Source: an uncultured Christensenella sp.
GTDB lineage: Bacteria; Bacillota; Clostridia; Christensenellales; Borkfalkiaceae
Assembly (NCBI GenBank): GCA_905203015.1
Contig: CAJKUC010000004.1
Span: forward strand, 8,535 to 72,534
Reading direction: 5' to 3'
DNA: 64,000 nt
Shown here one piece after another: positions 38,750 to 49,047 of this stretch. Below the pieces are notes generated by a model. The model was given only the letters and a program-made list of their open reading frames with translations. It searched no databases and was not told the origin of the DNA. A program made the translations under genes and the position numbers. Numbering within the stretch: position 1 is the stretch's first letter; the number at the start of each line of letters is the position of its first letter.

Positions 38750-39193
38750 AATTTTTCCTCCTGTTTCTATTATAACGGATTCGCCGCGAATATTCAATCG
38801 TTTTTAAGAAGTTTATTGTTTTTTTTCGCCGAAACGGCGGGCGAAACGCACGGCGGACGAAAAACAGGGCTTGGGCGGAGCATTTTTTTCGCGCGTGTAC
38901 GCGCGCGGACGCATATATGTGCGTATATATTGTATTATTTATCGTATGTTTATTATCGCATGTTGCCGTGATATCCCGCCGTAAGCGGATATGGCGGAAA
39001 GGAAAACAAAGTATGCCGATATTTTCGGGAAAGTACGTATATTTTTTCAGAAACGAGGATATAAAACACTGTGAAAGAAGAGGGGAAGAACGTTAAAAGG
39101 CGAGAAAAAACAGCCGGAAACGGAAGAAATACCGCAAAAAATACGAAAAAACGAAAAAAAATCGAAAAATTAAAAAAAACTTCGTTCAAACGC

Positions 39194-39222
39194 TTGACAA
39201 CCCCTTGCCTTTTTGGTAAGAT
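39194..39222 (+). promoter_or_regulatory. promoter of the S10 r-protein operon, with a ~250-nt leader
   Basis: TTGACA, 17-nt spacer, TAAGAT, preceded by the shared module aaatcgaaaaattaaaaaaaacttcgttcaaacgcttgac. Confidence 0.55.
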
Positions 39223-39475
39223 AAATAGGCTGCGTAAATATGCGGTGTATTGGGCTGACGCGGGAAGTTACTGCAAATCCGAAGAAAAAGCCACTTCGGC
39301 AGATAATTTCCGTCGACAATGTGGAGGCATCGACCTCTGCGACTGACCGGGGCTTTGCGTGAAAAACGCTCGGCTGGTAAAAGAGTGTTTTTTATTTTGC
39401 AATAAACCTCGATACACACGGACGTGTTGACACAGTAATACGAATCTTCTCTGTAAGAGAAAAAAGGAGTCAGAA

Positions 39476-39775
39476 ATGGCAGTGCAGAAAATCAGAATCA
39501 AGTTGGCGGCTTACGATCACGAACTCGTGGACGAAGCGGCGATGCGCATCGTGGAAACGATGAAAAAGAGCGGGGCGAAGATCTCCGGTCCTATTCCTCT
39601 TCCCACGGAAAGAGAAATCGTAACGATCCTTCGTTCGCCGCACAAATACAAAGATTCCCGCGAACAATTCGAGATGAGAACGTACAAGAGAATCATCGAC
39701 ATTTATTCTCCGAACGCGAAACTTCTCGATACGATTCACCTTCCCGCAGGCGTCGACATCAAGATCAAACTTTGA
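39476..39775 (+). CDS. rpsJ: 30S ribosomal protein S10
   Basis: Sequence match '[19 protein letters not shown]...'. Confidence 0.97.
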   Translation: MAVQKIRIKLAAYDHELVDEAAMRIVETMKKSGAKISGPIPLPTEREIVTILRSPHKYKDSREQFEMRTYKRIIDIYSPNAKLLDTIHLPAGVDIKIKL

Positions 39776-39865
39776 TCGGCGAAAAGGGAAAAAGATACAA
39801 ACAACGCAAAAAAATACTTTGAATAAAGGTATTGAGAAATATTTTAAAAGGAGTGAACTTTATCA

Positions 39866-40501
39866 ATGAATAAAGCAATCATCGGACGCAAAGTCGGCAT
39901 GACCCGACTGTTTGCGCAAGACGGGAAAATGATTCCCGTAACGGTAGTGGAAGCAGGCCCCTGCCCCGTCGTACAAGTGAAGACGACGGAACACGACGGC
40001 TATGCCGCTTTGAAACTCGGTTTCATCGAAACCAGCGAGAAAGCCTTGACGAAACCCGAACTCGGGCAGTTCAAGAAAGCGAACGTCAAACCCTGCAAGG
40101 TGCTTAAGGAAATCAGAATCGACGGCGCGGAAACCTACAACGTAGGCGACGAAATCAAAGCGGATGTGTTCGCGGCGGGCGATAAGGTAGACGTTTCCGG
40201 CGTAACGAAAGGTCACGGCTACACGGGCGTTATCAAGAGATGGAATCAGCAACGTTTGAAAGAGACGCACGGCGTCGGCCCCGTACACAGAGAACCTGGT
40301 TCTATGAGCGCGAACTCTTCGCCTTCAAGAGTGTTCAAATTGAAACACCTCGCCGGTCAGTACGGTGTGGAAAACGTAACGATTCAGAACCTCGAAGTGG
40401 TGAAAGTCGATCTCGAAAGAAACGTTCTTCTCATCAAAGGCGCGATTCCCGGCGCGAAGGGCAGCATTGTCACCGTCGGCAGCAGCGTGAAGGGCAAATA
40501 A
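39866..40501 (+). CDS. rplC: 50S ribosomal protein L3
   Basis: Conserved sequence and operon position. Confidence 0.97.
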   Translation: MNKAIIGRKVGMTRLFAQDGKMIPVTVVEAGPCPVVQVKTTEHDGYAALKLGFIETSEKALTKPELGQFKKANVKPCKVLKEIRIDGAETYNVGDEIKADVFAAGDKVDVSGVTKGHGYTGVIKRWNQQRLKETHGVGPVHREPGSMSANSSPSRVFKLKHLAGQYGVENVTIQNLEVVKVDLERNVLLIKGAIPGAKGSIVTVGSSVKGK

Positions 40502-40513
40502 GGAGAAAAGACA

Positions 40514-41134
40514 ATGACCGGAATTAAAGTATATAATATGAAAGGCGCGGTCGTCGGCGAAATGGAATTGAACGATAACGTTTTCGGCGTCGATTATAAC
40601 GAAAGCCTTATTCATCAGGCGGTTGTCACCCGTCTTGCTAACGAAAGACAGGGTACGAAATCCACTCTTACGAGAAGCGAAGTGAGAGGCGGCGGCGTGA
40701 AGCCCTGGAGACAGAAAGGCACGGGTCGTGCCCGTCAGGGATCTATCCGCGCTCCCCAGTGGATCAAAGGCGGCGTAGTGTTCGCTCCCAAGTCCCGCGA
40801 TTTCTCCAAGAAGATGAACGCGAAAGCGAAAACGGGCGCGCTTCTCTCTGCGGTTTCCAAGAAACTTGCCGACGGTGAACTTCTCATCGTAGACGAGATC
40901 AAAGCGGAAGGCAAAACGAAAGAGATGGCGGCGTTCAGAAAGGCGATGAACCTTGACAAGAGCGCGTTGATCGTAATGAGCGAAAGCGACGCGATGGTAG
41001 TGCGCGCGGCGGCGAACCTTCCCCGCGTTTCCACGATGGCTGTCGATCTTCTCAATACGTACGACGTGGTGGCCAACGCGAAAGTCGTTATGACGAAAGC
41101 GGCGGTTGAGAAATTCCAGGAGGTGTACGCGTAA
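40514..41134 (+). CDS. rplD: 50S ribosomal protein L4
   Basis: Conserved sequence and operon position. Confidence 0.97.
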   Translation: MTGIKVYNMKGAVVGEMELNDNVFGVDYNESLIHQAVVTRLANERQGTKSTLTRSEVRGGGVKPWRQKGTGRARQGSIRAPQWIKGGVVFAPKSRDFSKKMNAKAKTGALLSAVSKKLADGELLIVDEIKAEGKTKEMAAFRKAMNLDKSALIVMSESDAMVVRAAANLPRVSTMAVDLLNTYDVVANAKVVMTKAAVEKFQEVYA

Positions 41135-41424
41135 TGTTTGCCGAAGACATCATTTTAAAACCCGTCCTCACCGAAAAGGGTTACGACGGAATCGCGGATA
41201 AAAAATACACGTTCATCGTGAAGAAATCCGCCAACAAGATCGAAATCAGAAACGCCGTGGAAAAATTGTTCGGCGTTAAGGTTGCCGAAGTCAACACGCT
41301 GAATTGCAAAGGCAAGTTGAAGAGAATGGGCAGAAACGAAGGCTATACGCCCGATCGTAAAAAAGCGATCGTCACCTTGAAAGAGGACAGCAAGCCTATC
41401 GAATTCTTCAATTCTTTGGCGTAA
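41134..41424 (+). CDS. rplW: 50S ribosomal protein L23
   Basis: TAATG overlap with rplD. Conserved sequence. Confidence 0.95.
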   Translation: MFAEDIILKPVLTEKGYDGIADKKYTFIVKKSANKIEIRNAVEKLFGVKVAEVNTLNCKGKLKRMGRNEGYTPDRKKAIVTLKEDSKPIEFFNSLA

Positions 41425-41442
41425 TCGTGGAGGAAGAAAACA

Positions 41443-42270
41443 ATGGCTATCAAAACTTATAAACCCACCACCCCGTCCCGCCGTTTCATCACGGTGCTGA
41501 AAAGAGAGGACGTTACGGGCGGTAAACCCGAAAAATCCTTGATGCACGATCAACGTCATTCGGGCGGCAGAAACAATCAGGGTAAAATCACCTGCAGACA
41601 CATCGGCGGCGGCAACCGTACGAAATATCGTATCATCGATTTCAAACGTCTGAAAGACGACGTGCCCGCCACCGTAAAGAGCATTCAGTACGATCCGAAC
41701 AGAAGCGCAAACATCGCGTTGATCGTATATGCGGACGGCGTGAAGTCTTATATCCTCGCTCCCCTCGGATTGAACGTGGGCGACAAGGTGATGAGCGGCG
41801 CGAAAGCGGATATCAAAGTGGGCAACGCGTTGCCTCTTGAAAACATTCCCGTAGGTACGATGGTGCACAACGTGGAATTTACGCCCGGAAAAGGCGGACA
41901 GATCGCAAGAAGCGCGGGGCTCGCGGCGCAGATCGTGGCTACCGAAGGCAAATACGCAACGCTTCGTCTGCCCAGCGGCGAAATGAGATACGTTTCTTTG
42001 AAATGCCGCGCGACGATCGGTCAGGTAGGTAACGTAGAGCACGAAATCGTATCCCTCGGTAAAGCGGGTAAGGCGAGATATCTCGGTCAGCGTCCGGAAG
42101 TCCGCGGTGCGGTTATGAACCCTGTGGATCACCCTCACGGCGGCGGCGAAGGCAAAGCGCCCGTCGGTCATGCAGGTCCTATGACGCCTTGGGGTAAACC
42201 GGCTCTCGGCTACAAGACGAGAAAGAAGAAGAATGCAACGAACAAGTTCATTCTCAAGAGAATTAACTAA
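41443..42270 (+). CDS. rplB: 50S ribosomal protein L2
   Basis: Conserved sequence. Confidence 0.97.
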   Translation: MAIKTYKPTTPSRRFITVLKREDVTGGKPEKSLMHDQRHSGGRNNQGKITCRHIGGGNRTKYRIIDFKRLKDDVPATVKSIQYDPNRSANIALIVYADGVKSYILAPLGLNVGDKVMSGAKADIKVGNALPLENIPVGTMVHNVEFTPGKGGQIARSAGLAAQIVATEGKYATLRLPSGEMRYVSLKCRATIGQVGNVEHEIVSLGKAGKARYLGQRPEVRGAVMNPVDHPHGGGEGKAPVGHAGPMTPWGKPALGYKTRKKKNATNKFILKRIN

Positions 42271-42287
42271 TCGGAGGAGAGAAGAAT

Positions 42288-42566
42288 ATGTCAAGAAGCA
42301 TAAAGAAAGGACCTTATGTCGAAGCGAAACTTTTGAGCCGTATTCAGGCGATGAACGAAGCGAACGAGAAAAAGGTCGTTAAAACCTGGTCCAGAGCGTC
42401 CACGATCTTCCCCGATATGGTCGGTCACACGATCGCGGTGTACGACGGACGTAAGCACGTTCCCGTATATATCACCGAAGATATGATCGGTTGCAAACTC
42501 GGCGAGTTTGCGCCCACCAGAACTTTCCACGGGCACGCGGCTAAAACGTCCACGCCTTCTAAATAA
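42288..42566 (+). CDS. rpsS: 30S ribosomal protein S19
   Basis: Conserved sequence. Confidence 0.97.
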   Translation: MSRSIKKGPYVEAKLLSRIQAMNEANEKKVVKTWSRASTIFPDMVGHTIAVYDGRKHVPVYITEDMIGCKLGEFAPTRTFHGHAAKTSTPSK

Positions 42567-42581
42567 GGAGAAGAGAGAAAA

Positions 42582-42983
42582 ATGGCAACGAATATGAAGA
42601 AAAAGGCGCAAAGAGCGGCTGAAAACAAGGAAAAACGTCCTTTCGCCGTAGCGAAATACGTCAGAGTATCCCCGTATAAAGTGAGAACCGTTCTCGCTCT
42701 GATTCGCGGGAAAGATTACAAAGAAGCAAAAGCCATTCTCGAACACATCACCAACGGCAGCGCGCTTGCGGTGAAGAAGGTGCTTGTGTCCGCAGGGGCG
42801 AACGCCGAGCATAACCTCGGTATGGACAGAGGAGATCTGTACGTGGCGGAATGTTTCGCCGACGGCGCGACCTCTCTGAAGAGAATGCAGCCCGTTTCCA
42901 AAGGCAGAGGACACGCTATCCTCAAGAGAACGAGCCACATTACGGTTATTTTGGACGTCAAAAAATTGGAAGGAGAATTATAA
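42582..42983 (+). CDS. rplV: 50S ribosomal protein L22
   Basis: Conserved sequence. Confidence 0.95.
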   Translation: MATNMKKKAQRAAENKEKRPFAVAKYVRVSPYKVRTVLALIRGKDYKEAKAILEHITNGSALAVKKVLVSAGANAEHNLGMDRGDLYVAECFADGATSLKRMQPVSKGRGHAILKRTSHITVILDVKKLEGEL

Positions 42984-43654
42984 TGGGACAGAAAATTAAT
43001 CCTCGCGGTTTGAGAGTAGGCGTTATCAACGGTTGGAACACTCAATGGTACGCGGACAAAAAGGAATTCTCCAAATTTTTGAAGGAAGACAACGAAATCC
43101 GCACCTTCCTTAAAAAGAAGTATTATGCGGCGGCGATCAGCAAGATCACGATCGAAAGAGCGGCTACGCGTATCATCGTCACCGTATTCACGGCTCGTCC
43201 CGGCGTTATCATCGGTAAAGCGGGCGCGGAAGTGGAAACGATCAAGAAAGATCTTGCGAAGATCACGAAGGGCAAGGCGGTAAGCGTAAACATCACGGAA
43301 GTGAAGAAACCCGACGTAGACGCGCAACTCGTAGCGGAAAGCGTTGCGGCGCAACTCGAAAAACGTATGTCGTTCCGTCGTTGCATGAAGCAGGCGATCG
43401 GCAGATCGATGAGAGCGGGCGCCAAGGGAATCAAGATGATGTGCGGCGGCCGTCTCGACGGCGCGGAAATCGCGCGCAGAGAGCAGTATCACGAAGGATC
43501 GATTCCTTTGCAGACTCTTCGTGCGGACATCGATTACGGATTTGCGGAAGCGCACACCACGTTCGGCATGATCGGCGTTAAATGCTGGATCTACAAAGGC
43601 GAAGTGCTGAAAACCGCGAAGAATCCCGCTGTTGCGGAAGGAGGAGTTCAGTAA
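42983..43654 (+). CDS. rpsC: 30S ribosomal protein S3
   Basis: '[13 protein letters not shown]...'. TAATG overlap with rplV. Confidence 0.97.
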   Translation: MGQKINPRGLRVGVINGWNTQWYADKKEFSKFLKEDNEIRTFLKKKYYAAAISKITIERAATRIIVTVFTARPGVIIGKAGAEVETIKKDLAKITKGKAVSVNITEVKKPDVDAQLVAESVAAQLEKRMSFRRCMKQAIGRSMRAGAKGIKMMCGGRLDGAEIARREQYHEGSIPLQTLRADIDYGFAEAHTTFGMIGVKCWIYKGEVLKTAKNPAVAEGGVQ

Positions 43655-44094
43655 TGTTAATTCCTAAGAGAGTAAAGAGAAGAAAACAGCATAAAGGAAA
43701 AATGAGAGGAGCGGCGCACAAGGGCAACGTAATCGCGTACGGCGAATACGGCCTTGTGGCGGAAGAATGCGGATGGATCAAATCCAACCAGATCGAAGCC
43801 GCCCGTATCGCCATGACGAGATTCATCAAGCGCGGCGGTAAAGTGTGGATCGATATCTTCCCTCATAAGCCCATCACGAAGCACCCTGCGGAAGCACGTA
43901 TGGGTTCCGGTAAAGGTAACGTAGAATACTGGGTTGCCGTAGTGAAGCCCGGCAGAGTGATGTTTGAAATGGCGGGCGTAACGGAAGCGGACGCGAAAGA
44001 AGCAATGCGTCTTGCCGGCAACAAACTTCCCGTAAAATGCAAGTTTGTGAAAAAAGAAGTCGCTACGGAAGCGGCAGAAGGCGGTGAAGAATAA
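43654..44094 (+). CDS. rplP: 50S ribosomal protein L16
   Basis: '[19 protein letters not shown]'. Confidence 0.97.
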   Translation: MLIPKRVKRRKQHKGKMRGAAHKGNVIAYGEYGLVAEECGWIKSNQIEAARIAMTRFIKRGGKVWIDIFPHKPITKHPAEARMGSGKGNVEYWVAVVKPGRVMFEMAGVTEADAKEAMRLAGNKLPVKCKFVKKEVATEAAEGGEE

Positions 44095-44288
44095 TGAAAG
44101 CGAAAGAAGTAAAAGAGATGACGAACGCCGAACTGACGGCGAAGTTGGCTGAACTGAAAGGCGAACTTTTCAACCTTCGTTTCCGTCTTGCTTCGGGACA
44201 GTTGGAAAATCCCGTTTCTATCAGAACCTGCAAAAGAGACATCGCACGCGTGAACACCGAGATCCGTGCGAGAGAATTGAAAGCGTAA
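44094..44288 (+). CDS. rpmC: 50S ribosomal protein L29
   Basis: Conserved sequence. Confidence 0.95.
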   Translation: MKAKEVKEMTNAELTAKLAELKGELFNLRFRLASGQLENPVSIRTCKRDIARVNTEIRARELKA

Positions 44289-44304
44289 GGCGGAGGGCAG
44301 AAAA

Positions 44305-44559
44305 ATGGAAAGAAATTTAAGAAAAGAGAGAGTCGGTCTGGTCGTATCCGATAAGATGGATAAAACCGTCGTCGTGGAAATCACCGACAAGAGCAAACAC
44401 CCTCTGTACAAAAAGACGATCGTCACGTCGAAACGCCTGAAAGCGCACGATGAAGAAAACGCTTGCGGCGTAGGCGATACGGTGAGAATCGTCGAGACGA
44501 GAAAACTTAGCAAAGACAAGAATTGGCGCGTTGCCGAGATCGTCGAGAAAGCGAAGTAA
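44305..44559 (+). CDS. rpsQ: 30S ribosomal protein S17
   Basis: Conserved sequence. Confidence 0.95.
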   Translation: MERNLRKERVGLVVSDKMDKTVVVEITDKSKHPLYKKTIVTSKRLKAHDEENACGVGDTVRIVETRKLSKDKNWRVAEIVEKAK

Positions 44560-44578
44560 CGAGTAAGGAGAAAGAATT

Positions 44579-44947
44579 ATGATTCAACCCCAAACGAGAC
44601 TGAAAGTAGCGGATAATTCCGGTGCGAAAGAGTTGATGTGTATAAGAGTTATGGGTGGTTCTTTCCGTAAGACCGGCAACATCGGCGACGTGATCGTCGC
44701 GTCCGTTAAAACGGCTACGCCGGGCGGCGCGGTATCGAAAGGCGACGTTGTAAACGCGGTCATCGTCAGAACTACCAGCGGTATCAGAAGAGCAGACGGA
44801 ACGTACGTCAGATTCGACGAAAACGCAGCCGTCATTATCGATAAACAGAAACAGCCGAAAGGAACCCGTATCTTCGGGCCGATCGCGAGAGAGTTGAGAG
44901 ATAAAGATTACATGAAGATCATCTCTCTTGCTCCCGAAGTGCTGTAA
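44579..44947 (+). CDS. rplN: 50S ribosomal protein L14
   Basis: Conserved sequence. Confidence 0.97.
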   Translation: MIQPQTRLKVADNSGAKELMCIRVMGGSFRKTGNIGDVIVASVKTATPGGAVSKGDVVNAVIVRTTSGIRRADGTYVRFDENAAVIIDKQKQPKGTRIFGPIARELRDKDYMKIISLAPEVL

Positions 44948-44966
44948 AGGTCAGGAGGACGAAACA

Positions 44967-45395
44967 ATGAACGTAAAATTAAACGATAACGTACTTGTTA
45001 TTGCCGGTAAAGATAAAGGCAAACAGGGAAAAGTCCTTGCCACCTCCCCCAAAGCCAATACGGTCACGGTAGAAGGCGTGCGCATTCAGAAAAAGCACGA
45101 AAAGGCGAGAAAAGCGAACGAAACGAGCAAGATCGTGGAAGTACCCGGCCCCGTAGACGCGTCGAACGTGATGGTGGTGTGCCCCACTTGCGGCAAAGCC
45201 ACGAAAGTGAAGCACGCGATCGTAGACGGAAAGAAAGTGCGCGTGTGCAAATGCGGCGCAACGCTCGATAAGGCGTTCGTGAAGAAGTCGAAAGCGACGG
45301 CTGCGGCGGAAAGCGAGGCTCCCAAGAAGAGAACGAGAAAACGCGCAGCGAAAGCCGAAGAGACCAAGACGGAAACCCCGTCCGCAAACGAGTAA
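44967..45395 (+). CDS. rplX: 50S ribosomal protein L24 with a CxxC...CxC zinc-ribbon-like motif and a ~35-aa Lys/Ala-rich C-terminal tail
   Basis: KOW N-terminus 'MNVKLNDNVLVIAGKDKGKQGKV', then 'VVCPTCGKATKVKHAIVDGKKVRVCKCGATLD', then the tail. RBS aggagg. Confidence 0.9.
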   Translation: MNVKLNDNVLVIAGKDKGKQGKVLATSPKANTVTVEGVRIQKKHEKARKANETSKIVEVPGPVDASNVMVVCPTCGKATKVKHAIVDGKKVRVCKCGATLDKAFVKKSKATAAAESEAPKKRTRKRAAKAEETKTETPSANE

Positions 45396-45409
45396 CGAGG
45401 TAGAGCAAA

Positions 45410-45967
45410 ATGGCAGAGAAAGTATATAAAAACAGAGTGAAGGAAAAGTACGAGAAAGAAGTCGTTCCTTTCCTTATGAAGAAATTCGGATACACCACCG
45501 TTATGCAATGCCCGCGTCTTGTGAAGATCGTGATCAACACGGGTCTCGGCGACATCAAAGATAACGCGAAATCCATTCAGGTGACGGAGAACGAAATCAA
45601 ACTCATCTCCGGTCAGAAACCCATTTTAACGAAAGCGAAGAAATCCGTCGCCAACTTCAAGGTGAGAGAAGGGCAGAACATCGGTATCAAAGTTACCCTT
45701 CGCGGCGACAGAATGTATGATTTCTACGATAAATTCGTATCTATCGCGCTTCCCCGTTTGAGAGACTTCCGCGGGGTATCGGATAAGGCGTTCGACGGAC
45801 GCGGAAACTATTCCGTAGGCCTTAAAGAACAACTTATCTTCCCCGAAATCACTTACGATCAGGTGGAAAAGATCAGAGGCATGGACGTTGCGATCGTTAC
45901 CACCGCGAATACGGATGAAGAGGCAAGAGAGTTGCTGCGTGCGCTCGGTATGCCGTTCAAGAAGTAA
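45410..45967 (+). CDS. rplE: 50S ribosomal protein L5
   Basis: Conserved sequence. Confidence 0.97.
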   Translation: MAEKVYKNRVKEKYEKEVVPFLMKKFGYTTVMQCPRLVKIVINTGLGDIKDNAKSIQVTENEIKLISGQKPILTKAKKSVANFKVREGQNIGIKVTLRGDRMYDFYDKFVSIALPRLRDFRGVSDKAFDGRGNYSVGLKEQLIFPEITYDQVEKIRGMDVAIVTTANTDEEARELLRALGMPFKK

Positions 45968-45979
45968 GGAGAGAAGAAA

Positions 45980-46165
45980 ATGGCAAAGAAGTCAATGATA
46001 AACAAACAACAGAAAACGCCCAAGTATTCCACCAGAGCGTACACGCGTTGCACGATCTGCGGAAGACCTCACGCGGTTTTGAGAAAGTATGGCGTATGCC
46101 GTATCTGTTTCAGAAATCTGGCGTATAAGGGAGAAATCCCCGGCGTTAAGAAGTCGAGTTGGTAA
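45980..46165 (+). CDS. rpsN: 30S ribosomal protein S14, Zn-binding type Z (61 aa)
   Basis: '[22 protein letters not shown]'. Confidence 0.95.
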   Translation: MAKKSMINKQQKTPKYSTRAYTRCTICGRPHAVLRKYGVCRICFRNLAYKGEIPGVKKSSW

Positions 46166-46181
46166 AACGGAGGAAACGAAT

Positions 46182-46571
46182 ATGACAGATCCTATCGCAG
46201 ATATGCTTACGAGAATCAGAAACGCGATCATCGCCAGAAAAGAAACGGTGGAAGTTCCTTCTTCCGTGATGAAAAAGGCGATCGCCGATATTCTTCTCGA
46301 CGAGGGCTACGTGAAAGACGTGAAACTCGTGGAAGACGGCTATAACGGCAAAATCGCGATCACGCTGAAATACAGCGACAAAAAGTCGGTTATTTCCGGT
46401 ATCGAAAGAGTGTCCCGTCCCGGGCTTCGTACTTATACCGGAGTGGAAACTATGCCCAAAGTGCTCAACGGTATCGGTACGGTTATCGTAACGACGAACA
46501 AAGGCATCATGACGGGCAAGAAGGCAAAAGAACTCAACGTCGGCGGCGAAGTTCTTTGCTACGTCTGGTAA
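46182..46571 (+). CDS. rpsH: 30S ribosomal protein S8
   Basis: 'MTDPIADMLTRIRNA'. Confidence 0.97.
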   Translation: MTDPIADMLTRIRNAIIARKETVEVPSSVMKKAIADILLDEGYVKDVKLVEDGYNGKIAITLKYSDKKSVISGIERVSRPGLRTYTGVETMPKVLNGIGTVIVTTNKGIMTGKKAKELNVGGEVLCYVW

Positions 46572-46586
46572 AGGAGGGCAAGAGGT

Positions 46587-47135
46587 ATGTCGAGAATCGG
46601 TAAAATGCCCATTGCTATCCCTGATGGCGTAACGGTGGAATTCAAGAACGGCGTAGTGACGGTGAAGGGCGCGAAAGGCACTCTTTCCCGCGAAATCGCC
46701 GGAAATATCGACGTGACGACGGAAAACGGTCACGTTGTGCTGAAGGCTTTGGACGATACGGCGGAAACGAACGCGAAACACGGGCTTTACAGAGCCCTGC
46801 TTGCCGGAATGGTGAAAGGCGTTCACGACGGATTTTCCAAGGCGTTGGAAATCAAAGGCGTCGGTTGGAAAGCGCAGGTGCAGGGAAACAAACTCGTTCT
46901 GAACGTAGGTTTTTCGCACCCCGTAGAATTTATCGCGCCCGAGGGCATCAAATTCGAGTGTCCCACTCTGACGGACGTGGTTGTCTCCGGCATCAGCAAA
47001 GAACTTGTCGGGCAGACGGCTGCAAACATCAGAGCGGTGAGAGAGCCGGAACCTTACCACGGCTACGGTATTCGTTACAAGGGCGAGTACGTAGAGCATA
47101 AGGAAGGCAAGACCTCCGGTAAGGCTAAGAAATAA
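46587..47135 (+). CDS. rplF: 50S ribosomal protein L6
   Basis: Conserved sequence. Confidence 0.97.
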   Translation: MSRIGKMPIAIPDGVTVEFKNGVVTVKGAKGTLSREIAGNIDVTTENGHVVLKALDDTAETNAKHGLYRALLAGMVKGVHDGFSKALEIKGVGWKAQVQGNKLVLNVGFSHPVEFIAPEGIKFECPTLTDVVVSGISKELVGQTAANIRAVREPEPYHGYGIRYKGEYVEHKEGKTSGKAKK

Positions 47136-47148
47136 GGAGCGTTGAGTT

Positions 47149-47532
47149 ATGATTTCCAAAATTGATAAAAATACAGTCAGACAGAGACGTCACGCGAGAG
47201 TGAGAAAGACGGTGGTCGGAACGGCTGCCGCTCCCCGTCTCAACGTATACAGAAGTCTGAATCACATCTACGCGCAAGTGATCGACGACAGAGCCGGAAA
47301 CGAGAAGGGCGGCGTAACGCTTGCCGCCGCTTCCACGATGGATAAAGACGTGAAGGCGCAGATCGAAGGTCTCACCAAATCGGACGCGGCGAAAGTCGTA
47401 GGAAAAGTTTTGGCGGAGCGCGCTCTTGCCAAAGGCGTAGAGACGGTGGTTTTCGACAGAGGCGGTTACCTTTACACGGGACGTGTGAAAGCACTTGCCG
47501 ACGGCGCGAGAGAAGCCGGACTTAAATTCTGA
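47149..47532 (+). CDS. rplR: 50S ribosomal protein L18
   Basis: Conserved sequence. Confidence 0.95.
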   Translation: MISKIDKNTVRQRRHARVRKTVVGTAAAPRLNVYRSLNHIYAQVIDDRAGNEKGGVTLAAASTMDKDVKAQIEGLTKSDAAKVVGKVLAERALAKGVETVVFDRGGYLYTGRVKALADGAREAGLKF

Positions 47533-47546
47533 CAGGAGAGAAGATT

Positions 47547-48077
47547 ATGGCAGACGAAAAAAGAGAAAACAGAAGACCTCAAAGACGTCAGGCTGAGGAC
47601 GACGGGCTGATCAAGAAACTCATCGAAATCAACCGCGTTTCCAAGACGGTTAAGGGCGGCAAGAACGCTCGTTTCGCGGCACTCGTTATCGTTGGCGACG
47701 GCAAAGGCAAAGTCGGCGTAGGCACGGGAAAGGCTAAAGAAGTTCCCGAGGCTATCGACAAAGCGACGCTTCGCGCGAAGAAGAACATGATCGCCGTTCC
47801 CGTTGTGGAAAATACCATTCCTCACCAGATCATCGGTAAGTTCGGTAGAGGCGCGGTGCTTATGATGCCCGCTTCCGAAGGTACCGGCGTTATCGCCGGC
47901 GGCCCCGTTCGTGCGGTGATGGAAGCAGTGGGGATCAAGAACATCAGAACGAAATCCCACGGCACGCAAAACCCCGGCAACTGCGTTAAAGCGACGATTG
48001 CGGGCCTTGCGGGCCTGAAGACTGCCGAGCAGGTAGCGGCTCTTCGCGGAAAGACCGTGGAAGAGATTATGTGCTGA
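47547..48077 (+). CDS. rpsE: 30S ribosomal protein S5
   Basis: Conserved sequence. Confidence 0.97.
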   Translation: MADEKRENRRPQRRQAEDDGLIKKLIEINRVSKTVKGGKNARFAALVIVGDGKGKVGVGTGKAKEVPEAIDKATLRAKKNMIAVPVVENTIPHQIIGKFGRGAVLMMPASEGTGVIAGGPVRAVMEAVGIKNIRTKSHGTQNPGNCVKATIAGLAGLKTAEQVAALRGKTVEEIMC

Positions 48078-48090
48078 GGAGGGCGAAACA

Positions 48091-48270
48091 ATGGCTAAAA
48101 TCAAAGTAACGCTTGAAAAGAGCACGATCGGCGAAGTCGTTTCCGTAAAGGAAACCGTGCGCGCGTTGGGGCTTAACAAGATCCGTTCCAGCAAAGAATT
48201 GGAAGATTCTCCTTCCGTTCAGGGAATGATCAAGAAAGTTCGCCACCTCGTGAAAGTAGAAAATATCTAA
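48091..48270 (+). CDS. rpmD: 50S ribosomal protein L30 (59 aa; below the ORF-track length cutoff)
   Basis: Translated by hand: MAKIKVTLEKSTIGEVVSVKETVRALGLNKIRSSKELEDSPSVQGMIKKVRHLVKVENI. Confidence 0.9.
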   Translation: MAKIKVTLEKSTIGEVVSVKETVRALGLNKIRSSKELEDSPSVQGMIKKVRHLVKVENI

Positions 48271-48280
48271 GGAGTTTACA

Positions 48281-48724
48281 ATGAGAATAGATACTCTTTC
48301 TCCCGCGCAGGGAGCAACGAAAGCGGCGAAGCGACTCGGCCGCGGTATCGGTTCCGGGCTCGGCAAAACGTCGGGTAAAGGACATAAAGGTCAGTGGGCG
48401 CGTTCCGGCGGCGGCGTTCGTCCCGGGTTTGAAGGCGGTCAGATGCCTATCGCAAGACGCGTACCCAAGAGAGGCTTCAATCACGCGGGCAAACAGTACG
48501 TTATCGTCAACCTTTCCGCTCTTGCGGATCTTCCCGAAGGAACGGTGGTGGATTACGGCTTCGTGATGGAAAACGGTCTCGCGAAAGAGGTGAAGAACAA
48601 CTGCGGCTTGAAAGTTCTCGGCAACGGCGAACTCAAGACGGCTCTCACCGTAAAAGCGGCGAAGTTTTCCGAAAGCGCGAAAGCGGCGATCGAAGCGGCG
48701 AAAGGCACTGCGGAAACCCTGTAA
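48281..48724 (+). CDS. rplO: 50S ribosomal protein L15
   Basis: Conserved sequence. Confidence 0.97.
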   Translation: MRIDTLSPAQGATKAAKRLGRGIGSGLGKTSGKGHKGQWARSGGGVRPGFEGGQMPIARRVPKRGFNHAGKQYVIVNLSALADLPEGTVVDYGFVMENGLAKEVKNNCGLKVLGNGELKTALTVKAAKFSESAKAAIEAAKGTAETL

Positions 48725-49047
48725 AAGTAATGACGGGACGCGGAAGATCGCCTGAAAAAGCGGTTTTCCGCACCTGCGTTTATTTTTCCTCTGCGACGGC
48801 GGCGCGTTTTTCCGCGTAGAAAGAATCCGGAACAGAAAAAAGCGGACGGCATGCGGAGCGGATTTTTCATCGGAGCGTTTACAAAACGCGGATAAGTAAA
48901 ATTCCTTTTCGCAAACGGATCGCATAAAATTTTCCGACGGATTTTTCGCGGCAGAAAGTCAATCGTCGCAAACGCGTTTTCAAAAAGAAAGGCGGAGCAA
49001 TTCCGCCCGGATTTCGCGAAAGCGCAAAACTTAAATCGGAGAGAAAA

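Noticed and set aside
46146-47159. 337-aa minus-strand ORF across rpsH-rplF
   Set aside because: Antisense of ribosomal protein genes.
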